Positions 1 through 8,396 of a DNA stretch of 49,125 nucleotides are shown one piece after another. Made by a program: the position numbers and the translations under genes. Within the stretch, counting starts at the first letter, position 1, and the number at the start of each line of letters is the position of its first letter. This DNA is from Gemmatimonadota bacterium (lineage in GTDB: Bacteria > Gemmatimonadota > Gemmatimonadetes > JACCXV01 > JAHWKZ01): contig DATFFS010000033.1 of assembly GCA_035249945.1 (NCBI GenBank), positions 1 to 49,125 of the forward strand, given 5' to 3'. The notes below the pieces were generated by a model, which did no database searches, was not told where the DNA came from, and saw only the letters and a list, made by a program, of their open reading frames with translations.

Positions 1-435
1 GACCGCGTCCTGCGCGAGGCCGGCCGCGCCGCCGCCGACGCCGGCGTGCTAGCTATGCTGCGGATGCCTCGACGGCACGCGGTCGACGTGGCGCGGGACG
101 TCAACCCGCGCCACCTGCGGAAGGTCCTGATCACGACATACGAGGCGGAGCCACGCGGGTTCGAGGAGCTCCTTGCCGTGCCCGGCGTCGGCGCCAAGGC
201 CGTGCGCGCGCTCGCGCTGCTCGCCGAGATCGTGCACGGCTCCCCGGCCAGCGTCCGCGATCCCGCGCGCTTCTCGTTCGCGCACGGCGGGAAGGACGGG
301 CATCCCTACCCCGTCGACCAGCCCACCTACGACGCGTCGATCGAGTGGCTCAGGGAGGCGGTGTCGCGTGCGCGCGTCGGCCGCACCGATCGCGTGGACG
401 CGCTGCGCCGCCTGGCGCGCTGGCAGGCGAACTAG
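1..435 (+). CDS. DUF763-like protein, C-terminal part (5' end lies outside the window)
   Basis: Frame 1 is open from nt 1 with no upstream stop in the window; stop is TAG 433-435. The stretch VPGVGAKAVRALALLAEIVHG...FSFAHGGKDGHPYPVD resembles the conserved C-terminal region of DUF763 proteins (from memory, not searched). Confidence 0.55.
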   Translation, partial: DRVLREAGRAAADAGVLAMLRMPRRHAVDVARDVNPRHLRKVLITTYEAEPRGFEELLAVPGVGAKAVRALALLAEIVHGSPASVRDPARFSFAHGGKDGHPYPVDQPTYDASIEWLREAVSRARVGRTDRVDALRRLARWQAN

Positions 436-450
436 CGGACCAGGGGGCGG

Positions 451-1056
451 CTACCGGTCCTCCGGGGCCAGGCTCTGGAGCCATTCCCGGACCACCTTGG
501 CGCTCTCCGCCACGTCCAGACCGGGATCGTAGGCTTTCTGGAGCTCGATCCCCGCCATCAATGCGACGATGGCCCGCGCCACTGCCTCGGGGTCGGCGTC
601 CTTGCGAATCCGGCCTGCTCTCCGCTCCCTGCGGACGTAAGCCGCGATCGGCTCCCGCAGGGCCGCCAGCCCGCCGGCGACGATCTTCGCAAGCCGCGTC
701 TGGCCGAGCGCCTCGCCCCACAGGCGGACGTCGAGCGCGATCGCGGTGTCGGAGCCCTCGGCCTCGAGCGATCCCAGCACCTCCACAACCATCCGGCCGA
801 GCGCGCCGGCACCTCCGCCCGGAACCAGCTCCGCCAACGCCTCGCCCTTCTGTTCCTGGCCCCAGGCGGCGAGCGCCTGGATCAGCGCCTCCTTTCCGTC
901 GAAATAACGATACAGCGCACCGGCGCTCAATCCCGCCTCGTCGGCGATCTCCTGCATCGTCGCCTCGCGGAACCCGCGGCGGGCGAAACAACGATGGGCG
1001 GCGACGAGGATCTCGTGGTGGCGTGCGTCGAAATGGGCCTGCGTCACGCGCGGCAT
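451..1056 (-). CDS. TetR/AcrR family transcriptional regulator
   Basis: ORF-track 451..1104 trimmed to the ATG at 1056. MPRVTQAHFDARHHEILVAAHRCFARRGFREATMQEIADEAGLSAGALYRYF is a TetR N-terminal HTH signature. The 16 extra upstream codons run into the AT-rich promoter region. Confidence 0.85.
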   Translation of the reverse strand: MPRVTQAHFDARHHEILVAAHRCFARRGFREATMQEIADEAGLSAGALYRYFDGKEALIQALAAWGQEQKGEALAELVPGGGAGALGRMVVEVLGSLEAEGSDTAIALDVRLWGEALGQTRLAKIVAGGLAALREPIAAYVRRERRAGRIRKDADPEAVARAIVALMAGIELQKAYDPGLDVAESAKVVREWLQSLAPEDR

Positions 1057-1065
1057 TTCACCCTC

Positions 1066-1094
1066 TTGTAAACTGAATGGTGATTCATTATACT
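1066..1094 (+). promoter_or_regulatory. sigma70-type promoter of the serine-hydrolase gene with a TetR-type palindromic operator in the spacer
   Basis: TTGTAA (1066-1071), 17-nt spacer, TATACT (1089-1094). The palindrome TGAAT-ggtg-ATTCA (1074-1087) lies in the spacer. A perfect TATAAT on the opposite strand (1092-1087) faces the tetR gene. This is the only AT-rich patch in the neighbourhood. Confidence 0.5.
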
Positions 1095-1150
1095 GAACGC
1101 TCATTCAATTTGATTCGTCCGCCCATGCTCTGCAAGTACAGGAGGCACGC

Positions 1151-2701
1151 ATGCGCCGCTGGTCGGCAGTCGCCGCTCTCTCCGCGCTCCTGGTCCTGTC
1201 GATGGCCCCGGCCTCCTCCGCGGTCCAGCCGCTGCCGATCGGGGAGCTCGATGGGCGCATCGACGCACTGCGGGAGGCATTCGGCATTCCGGGGCTCGCG
1301 ATCGCCGTCGTCCGCCACGACTCGATCGTCCTGGCGCGAGGCTACGGGATCCGGCGCGTCGGGGAAGCCGGGCGGATCGACGCGGAGACCCTGTTCGCGA
1401 TCGGCTCCACCACCAAGGCGTTCACCTCCACCGCGATGGCGATGCTGGTGGGCGAGGGTGCGCTCGCCTGGGACGATCCGGTCGCTTCGCTCCTCCCCGG
1501 GTTCGCGCTCGAGGACGCATGGCTCACCCGGGAGATCACGGTCCGCGACATCCTCGCCCACCGAAGCGGCCTGCCGATGGCCAACCTCCTCTGGTTGAGC
1601 GGCCTGCACGACACCCGAGAGCTCGTCCGGCGGCTGCGCTTCCTCGAACCCGCCTCCGGTTTTCGCAGCGCGTTCTCCTACCAGAACGTCCTCTACGCCG
1701 CCGCAGGCCAGATCGTGGAGCGGACGACGGGCAGCGCGTGGGGCGACTTCGTCGAGCAGAGGATCTTCGACCCGCTCGGGATGGAACGCAGCACGACCAG
1801 CCTGGCGGATCTCGAGGTTGCCGGGAACGTCGCGTCCCCGCACGTCTCGATCGACGGGGCCGTCCAGCCTGTGCCATACCGCGACATCGACGCTATCGGC
1901 CCCGCCGGTTCGATCCTCTCCTCTGCGGAAGACATGGGCGAATGGCTCCGGTTCCAGTTGTCCGGGGGGCTGGCGAGGGACGGCGAGCTGCTCGACCGCG
2001 AGGCCCTGCTCGAAACACGGCGTCCGCAGATCCTGATCCCTCCCGAGGGGCCGGTCGCTACCTTCTATCCCGATGCGCGATCGCTCGCCTACGGCATGGG
2101 ATGGGTGATCTCCGAGTATCGAGGGCGCACGCTGCTCGATCATGGTGGTGGAATCGACGGGATGACGACGCTGGTCGCGATGGTTCCGGAGGAGGGACTC
2201 GGCGTAGCGATCCTCACCAACCATCAGACCGCGACCCCGCCGTACTGGATCCTGTACCCGGTGCTCGATGTCCTCCTGGGGCACGAGCCCGTCGACCGAA
2301 CCGACGGGTTTCGCGCCATCGCGGATCAGGTCGAGGCGATCCTCCGGGTGGAACCCGCGCGGGTCGACGGGGCCCGGCCCTTGCTCCCGCTGGAATCGTA
2401 CGCGGGAGCTTACGAGAGCACGCCGCTCGGGTCCGCTCGGGTGACGCTCGAGGACGGCCGTCTCGTCTTTCGCTTCGGCCGGTTCACCGGCCCTCTGGCG
2501 GCCTGGCACTTCGACACGTTCCGCGTCGAATGGGAGGATCGCGCGTGGCGCGCGGCGGCCGGCCCCGGGTGGATCACCTTCTGCCTCGATCGTGCGGGGA
2601 CGGTGGAGAGGCTCGAGCTGATCGCGATTCCCGGAGAAACGCCGTGGACCTTCGAGCGATCGAGCGCCGTCAGCGAATCGGAATCCGCAAACCGGCCGTA
2701 A
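1151..2701 (+). CDS. secreted serine hydrolase, beta-lactamase/esterase (class C-like) family
   Basis: 516-aa ORF with a signal peptide (MRRWSAVAALSALLVLSMAPASSA) and an S-x-x-K nucleophile motif (IGSTTKAFT). AGGAGG (1140-1145) lies 5 nt before the ATG. Confidence 0.85.
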   Translation: MRRWSAVAALSALLVLSMAPASSAVQPLPIGELDGRIDALREAFGIPGLAIAVVRHDSIVLARGYGIRRVGEAGRIDAETLFAIGSTTKAFTSTAMAMLVGEGALAWDDPVASLLPGFALEDAWLTREITVRDILAHRSGLPMANLLWLSGLHDTRELVRRLRFLEPASGFRSAFSYQNVLYAAAGQIVERTTGSAWGDFVEQRIFDPLGMERSTTSLADLEVAGNVASPHVSIDGAVQPVPYRDIDAIGPAGSILSSAEDMGEWLRFQLSGGLARDGELLDREALLETRRPQILIPPEGPVATFYPDARSLAYGMGWVISEYRGRTLLDHGGGIDGMTTLVAMVPEEGLGVAILTNHQTATPPYWILYPVLDVLLGHEPVDRTDGFRAIADQVEAILRVEPARVDGARPLLPLESYAGAYESTPLGSARVTLEDGRLVFRFGRFTGPLAAWHFDTFRVEWEDRAWRAAAGPGWITFCLDRAGTVERLELIAIPGETPWTFERSSAVSESESANRP

Positions 2702-2836
2702 CCTGGAGATCGTGTTTGCAGGACCGGCCCATTCCTCGTCCACCCTCACGATGTCGCGGGCTGGCTATATCAGCGTAACGGATATTGCGCGGTTGTCTAC
2801 CGATAGATGGGTACGATCTGACAGATAGCATGACGG

Positions 2837-3814
2837 TCAGCCGGTGACCGCCAGGCCGCGGAGCCAGGCCGGCTCGGGATCGAACGCGGCGACCCGCTCC
2901 CAGATCTGGCCGCTGTCCTCCGATCGATGAACGCCGCGCTCGTCGGCGGCCCAGAGCTCCCCCGGCTCGCGGCCGGCGGTCAGCAGGGGCGCGATCGTCG
3001 CGGGCGGATCGGGCCAGCCCTGCTGCACTCGGCGCCACCGCCCCCTGCCCTCACGGCGATATAGCCGGCCGTCGGACCGGCCCGCCATGTACGCCGAATG
3101 GGGATGCGAGGCCGCCGATACGACAACGACATCCGGATCACCGGGGTCGATCGCGACGCTCCGCAGATAGGTGACGTCGAGGCCGTCCTCGGGCGAATCC
3201 CACGACGCGCCCCGGTCGTCGCTCTCCCAGTACCCGTCGCCGGCCGAAACGCGGAGAGTCGCCGGCCGGTGGGGATGGATCGCGAGCTCGTGCGTGTCGT
3301 AGGGCGCGACCTCCGGGCGATCCTGCCACGTCGCACCGCCGTCGGGCGTCGTCACGAGCGCACCAGCCTCGATCGCGACGTAGAGGCGCCCCGGGCTGGC
3401 GGGGTCGCAGGCGATCCAGCGGACGTGGTGCGTCTCGGGCTTCGGCGGAAAGCTCCAGGTCGAGGACGACGCCAGGTCGAGGAGCCCTTCGGCGCGGTCC
3501 CACGTCGCGCCCCCGTCCGCCGAGCGGTAGAGCGCGCTCGGCTCGGTCCCGGCATAGACGACGGCGCCGTCCGACCCCCGCTCGTTCGGGCTGGCGACGA
3601 TCGCCGTGATCTCCTCGCCCTCGAGCCCTACCCCGGCCCATGACGTTCCGCCGTCGTCGCTCCGGAGAATCCCGTCCGACGTCCCGCACCAGAACGTCTC
3701 CGCCGAGACGTCGCCGGCCAGACACGTGGGCCGCCGGACGGCTGCTCGCTCGACCGCCCCGGTCCCCGGATCGAGCAGCAGGACCTCCTCGCGCGCGGCC
3801 ACGAGGATTCGCAT
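2837..3814 (-). CDS. BNR/Asp-box repeat beta-propeller protein (sialidase/Ycf48-like fold)
   Basis: ORF-track 2837..4348 trimmed to the ATG at 3814 (MRILVAAREE...), which overlaps the vapC stop by 1 nt (TGATG). Five Asp-box motifs are present: SDDGGTSW, SADGGATW, TPDGGATW, SDDRGASW, SEDSGQIW. Confidence 0.75.
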   Translation of the reverse strand: MRILVAAREEVLLLDPGTGAVERAAVRRPTCLAGDVSAETFWCGTSDGILRSDDGGTSWAGVGLEGEEITAIVASPNERGSDGAVVYAGTEPSALYRSADGGATWDRAEGLLDLASSSTWSFPPKPETHHVRWIACDPASPGRLYVAIEAGALVTTPDGGATWQDRPEVAPYDTHELAIHPHRPATLRVSAGDGYWESDDRGASWDSPEDGLDVTYLRSVAIDPGDPDVVVVSAASHPHSAYMAGRSDGRLYRREGRGRWRRVQQGWPDPPATIAPLLTAGREPGELWAADERGVHRSEDSGQIWERVAAFDPEPAWLRGLAVTG

Positions 3815-4206
3815 CAGTACTCGACCCGTGCCACGTCGGTGCGGGCGAGATCTTCCCCCTTGAAGAGGAGCGGCTCGCCCGACGTCTTCGAAAGCGCATA
3901 GGAGAAGCAATCGCCGAAGTTGAGCCCCGCTGGACTCCGCCGCCGGCCCCACTTCCGATACGCCCCTCGCGCCACGTCCGTCAACGCGGCATCGACTGAT
4001 GCGATCTCGATCTGCGCGCGATGCAGGAGCAGGTCGAGCTCCCGCCCGCCCGGCTCCCCATATCGGGTCTCGATCACAATCGAGGCTTCGAGCAGGGAAG
4101 CCGCGGACAGAAGGCGCACGGGGTCCTCCTCGATTGCGATCTCCATCCGTTCCGCTTCGTCCTCGTCGAACAGGATCGCGGTGATTGCGGAGGTGTCGAT
4201 GACCAT
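3814..4206 (-). CDS. vapC: type II toxin VapC (PIN-domain ribonuclease)
   Basis: 130-aa ORF. MVIDTSAI... carries the N-terminal acidic PIN residue and ...LNFGDCFSYALS... the C-terminal conserved Asp. It starts 2 nt after the vapB stop. Confidence 0.85.
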   Translation of the reverse strand: MVIDTSAITAILFDEDEAERMEIAIEEDPVRLLSAASLLEASIVIETRYGEPGGRELDLLLHRAQIEIASVDAALTDVARGAYRKWGRRRSPAGLNFGDCFSYALSKTSGEPLLFKGEDLARTDVARVEY

Positions 4207-4208
4207 TG

Positions 4209-4463
4209 TCAGTGCGGCAGGCCGCGGTCGTCGTAGCCGAGGATTTCGTCCGGCGCACGGGGGTCGAGCACCGGAAGCGCGGCACAGCGCTCACGGATGG
4301 CGCGCAAGTCGTCGCGCAGCGGAATGGACCGGCTGCGGCCGCGGACACGCCGAAGACGTTCGCGCAGCGCGCGGATCACGGTCACCGTGATCGTCTCGCC
4401 GGTCGCCTCGGCGAGCTCCCGCGCGAGTTGATCGGCTTCGGGGTTCTTGATATTCAGCGGCAT
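4209..4463 (-). CDS. vapB: type II antitoxin, VapB family (Rv0623/PSK-like)
   Basis: ORF-track 4209..4880 trimmed to the ATG at 4463 ([37 protein letters not shown]...). 84 aa, with GAAGGAGGA 11 nt upstream. It sits immediately upstream of vapC. Confidence 0.75.
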   Translation of the reverse strand: MPLNIKNPEADQLARELAEATGETITVTVIRALRERLRRVRGRSRSIPLRDDLRAIRERCAALPVLDPRAPDEILGYDDRGLPH

Positions 4464-4498
4464 GCCCGATTCGTTCCTCCTTCTGCACGAACAGGATG

Positions 4499-4527
4499 AT
4501 TCTATCCCAGCGTCCTCCGCGGAACAA
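4499..4527 (-). promoter_or_regulatory. candidate vapBC promoter with an overlapping palindromic operator
   Basis: On the minus strand: TTGTTC (4527-4522), 17-nt spacer, TAGAAT (4504-4499). The palindrome GGAAC-N5-GTTCC (4521-4535) overlaps the -35 element. Confidence 0.45.
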
Positions 4528-4628
4528 GGGGTTCCACGGGTTCCGGGGTTGTCGGGTTCCGGACCCAAATCTAGATTTCGCGCCCACTTAGACCGTCCGA
4601 TACGGGACCCCGTCGAAACAGGAGCCGC

Positions 4629-5416
4629 ATGAAGATCCTCGTCTGCATCAAGCAGGTCCCCGAGCGCGACGCGCGGCTCCGGATCGCGCCCGATGGGAAG
4701 TCCGTGGACACGGCAGGGGTCGCGACCGAGATCAACGAGAGCGATCAGTACGCGCTCGAGGCGGGCCTGCGCCTCGCCGAGAAGGCCGGCGGCGAGGTCG
4801 TGGCGCTCCTCCTGGGCCCGGACGCCGCCGAGGAGGCGATCCGCCGGGCGCTCGCCATGGGGGCGGCCCGGGCGATCCACCTGAACGATGCCGCCTTCCA
4901 GGGCGGCGACGCGTCGGCCACCGCGAAGGCGCTCGCCGCCGCCGTCCGGCAGGAGGCTCCCGATCTCGTCCTGGCCGGCCTCCAGTCCGACGACGCCGGC
5001 TGGTCACAGACCGGCGTGATCGTCGCCGAGCTTCTCGGCTGGCCGAGCGCCACCCTGATCATGGAGATCGAGCAGCCGGAGGGCGGCCGGATCAAGGTCA
5101 AGCGCGAGCTCGAGAGCGGCTGGTTCCAGTGGATCACGCTGCCGCTTCCCGCCGTGCTCACGATCCAGTCCGGCATCTATCCGGTCCGCTACGCGACGCT
5201 CAAGGGGATCATGGGCGCCAAGAAGAAGGAGATGAAGAAGGTCGGGCCGGCCGACGTAGGGATCGACGCGCGCCAGGTCGGCGCGGCCGGCCGCAAAGTC
5301 GAGCTCAAGCGGCTCTACGTTCCCGAGAAGACCGCCGCGGCCGAGATCCTGCCGGGTGACGCCGCCACAGCGACGGCCTCGCTCGTCGAGCGCCTTCAGA
5401 AGCAAGCGAAGGTGCT

Positions 5417-5420
<4 letters not shown>
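4629..5420 (+). CDS. etfB: electron transfer flavoprotein, beta subunit
   Basis: [19 protein letters not shown]... is the typical EtfB N-terminus. 263 aa, with AGGAG 6 nt upstream of the ATG. Confidence 0.9.
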
Positions 5421-6409
<989 letters not shown>

Positions 6410-6419
6410 GTCGCGAACC

Positions 6420-7625
6420 ATGGAAGACCTGAAGATCTTCGAGGACGTCTCGCTGGAGTGCGACGAGAAGGGCACGATGCCCTTCCGCGGGGGACATTCC
6501 CACGGCACGATCGGACTGCTCGACGTCCCGTCGGATGGCCCACTGCCCTTCGACGAGTATCGGCGCCTGAGCGCCGCGGAGGGGGCGGAGGCGATCCGCG
6601 CCGCGAAGACCGTGCTCGGCGACCGCCTCGTGATCCTCGTTCACCACTACCAGCGCGACGACGTATACCAGCATGCCGACCTGACCGGCGACTCGTTCAA
6701 GCTCTCCCGCCAGTCCGCCAACGTGGGCGCGGAGTATGTCGTCTTCTGCGGCGTCCACTTCATGGCCGAGTCGGCCGACATTCTCTCGCGGCCCGACCAG
6801 ACCGTGATCCTGCCCGACCTCTCCGCCGGCTGCTCGATGGCCGACATGGCCGACATCGACCAGGTCGAGGAGTGCTGGGATACGCTGGCGGACGCCTTCG
6901 GCGGCGACCCCGACGAGCGCGTGATGCCCGTCACGTACATGAACTCCAGCGCGGCGCTCAAGGCGTTCTGCGGCCGGCACGGCGGCATCGTCTGCACGTC
7001 GACCAACGCGCGCGCCGTCATGGAGTGGTCGTTCGCCCAGCGCCGCCAGGTCCTGTTCTTCCCCGATCAGCACCTGGGCCGAAACACGGCCCGCGCGATG
7101 GCGATCCCACTCGAGCAGATGGCACTGTGGCGGCCGACGGTGAAGGACGGCGGAGTTTCCGCGGCCGATCTCGACGCGGCCCGGGTCATCCTGTGGGAAG
7201 GGCACTGCTCGGTGCACGCGATCTTCCAGCCCGAGCACGTCGACAGGATCCGCGCGGCACGGCCGAACGTCCGGATTCTCGTCCATCCGGAGTGTCGCAT
7301 GGAGGTCGTCGACATGGCCGACGTCGTCGGTTCGACCGAGGTCATCCGCCAGACGATCGAGGAAGCGCCGGCGGGCAGCGAGTGGGCGATCGGCACGGAG
7401 ATCCACATGGTGAACCGCCTCAAGGAGGCGCACCCCGACAAGTTCGTCACCTTCCTCAGCCCGACCGTCTGCATGTGCGCGACGATGTACCGCATCGACC
7501 AGCCGCACCTCGCATGGGCGCTCGAGAACCTGGTCGCAGGCCACGTCGTCAACCGCATCGCGGTCGATCCCGAGGTCGCCCGCTGGGCGAAGCTCGCGCT
7601 CGATCGGATGCTCGCGGTTCGTTGA
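6420..7625 (+). CDS. nadA: quinolinate synthase
   Basis: 401 aa. ...VVFCGVHFMAESADIL...SAGCSMADM...YMNSSAALKAF...GGIVCTS...HPEC... match the three-domain NadA pattern with conserved Cys ligands. Confidence 0.85.
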   Translation: MEDLKIFEDVSLECDEKGTMPFRGGHSHGTIGLLDVPSDGPLPFDEYRRLSAAEGAEAIRAAKTVLGDRLVILVHHYQRDDVYQHADLTGDSFKLSRQSANVGAEYVVFCGVHFMAESADILSRPDQTVILPDLSAGCSMADMADIDQVEECWDTLADAFGGDPDERVMPVTYMNSSAALKAFCGRHGGIVCTSTNARAVMEWSFAQRRQVLFFPDQHLGRNTARAMAIPLEQMALWRPTVKDGGVSAADLDAARVILWEGHCSVHAIFQPEHVDRIRAARPNVRILVHPECRMEVVDMADVVGSTEVIRQTIEEAPAGSEWAIGTEIHMVNRLKEAHPDKFVTFLSPTVCMCATMYRIDQPHLAWALENLVAGHVVNRIAVDPEVARWAKLALDRMLAVR

Positions 7626-8008
7626 AGGCCCGGTTCGCGTCCGGTTCGGGGAAGCCGATCGCGCTGGCGATCGCGCTGGCGATAGTTGCCGCCGGGTGCG
7701 GCGCCAAGCGATTTCTGGGCTTCGGCGGCGACGGCACCCTGCTCGTCCGCCATCACGAGTCCGCTCAGCAGGAGATATGGCTCGACGGCGAGTTCCTCGG
7801 CGTGGTCGACTCGGCAGCGGTGGCCTGCTTCCGCGAGACGCGAACCGGCACCCTGAGGGTCGAGGCCCGCGCCGCGACCGCGGCCTCCGCCCCCGGCTCC
7901 CTCACCCGCGCCACCTCGGTGGTCCTGCCGCCCGATCAGCCGCGCCTCTGGGACATCGACCACGATCAGGTGTTGGACGGCCGGGCCTTCCTGCGGCTCT
8001 GCGGCTAG
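7622..8008 (+). CDS. small hypothetical lipoprotein
   Basis: This is the in-frame tail of shadow ORF 6458..8008. The TTG at 7622 overlaps the nadA stop (TTGA). LKARFASGSGKPIALAIALAIVAAGCG carries a lipobox (VAAGC). No similarity recognised. Confidence 0.4.
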   Translation: MKARFASGSGKPIALAIALAIVAAGCGAKRFLGFGGDGTLLVRHHESAQQEIWLDGEFLGVVDSAAVACFRETRTGTLRVEARAATAASAPGSLTRATSVVLPPDQPRLWDIDHDQVLDGRAFLRLCG

Positions 8009-8074
8009 GTTTCGCGTTCGCAATCGCCTGGCAGCGCGCTGCGACGAAGCGAGGGCTTTCTTGAGGAGGGATCG

Positions 8075-8347
8075 ATGAGCATCGACATCCGGGTTCAGCC
8101 CACCCCGAACCCGAACAGTCTGCTGTTCCACGTCGACCGCACGGTCATCGAGGAGCGGATGAAGCAGTTCAACTCCGCCGACGACGCGGCCGGCTCCCCG
8201 CTCGCTCAGGCGCTATTCGCCATCGAGGGCGTCGCCTCGGTCTTCTTCATGCCGAACTCGATTACGGTGTCGAGGACTCCGGACGGCGACTGGGACGCCA
8301 TCGTTCCCGACGCCGAGGAGGCGATCCGAGCCCACTTCACGAACTGA
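8075..8347 (+). CDS. Nfu/NifU N-terminal-domain (Nfu_N-like) small protein
   Basis: 90 aa. The pattern MSIDIRVQPTPNPNSLLFHVD...PLAQALFAIEGVASVFFMPNSITVSR..DW is typical of the scaffold protein Nfu/NifU N-terminal domain. Confidence 0.7.
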   Translation: MSIDIRVQPTPNPNSLLFHVDRTVIEERMKQFNSADDAAGSPLAQALFAIEGVASVFFMPNSITVSRTPDGDWDAIVPDAEEAIRAHFTN

Positions 8348-8396
8348 CCCACCAGCAAAATCCCCGGCCGAGCGACCGGACGGTACCTTTGCCCGC

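Noticed and set aside
436-450. A short hairpin, GGACC-N12-GGTCC (438-459), spanning the gap between the convergent DUF763 and tetR stop codons and running into the tetR 3' end, as a possible bidirectional terminator.
   Set aside because: The stem is only 5 bp with a 12-nt loop and no flanking U/A tracts. That is too weak to call.
4598-4609. The 12-mer ATACGGGACCCC is shared between the etfB upstream region (4598-4609) and the RNA promoter region (27780-27791).
   Set aside because: Exact 12-mer repeats are expected by chance many times in about 49 kb searched on both strands. In the first copy the surrounding sequence does not form a promoter with proper spacing.
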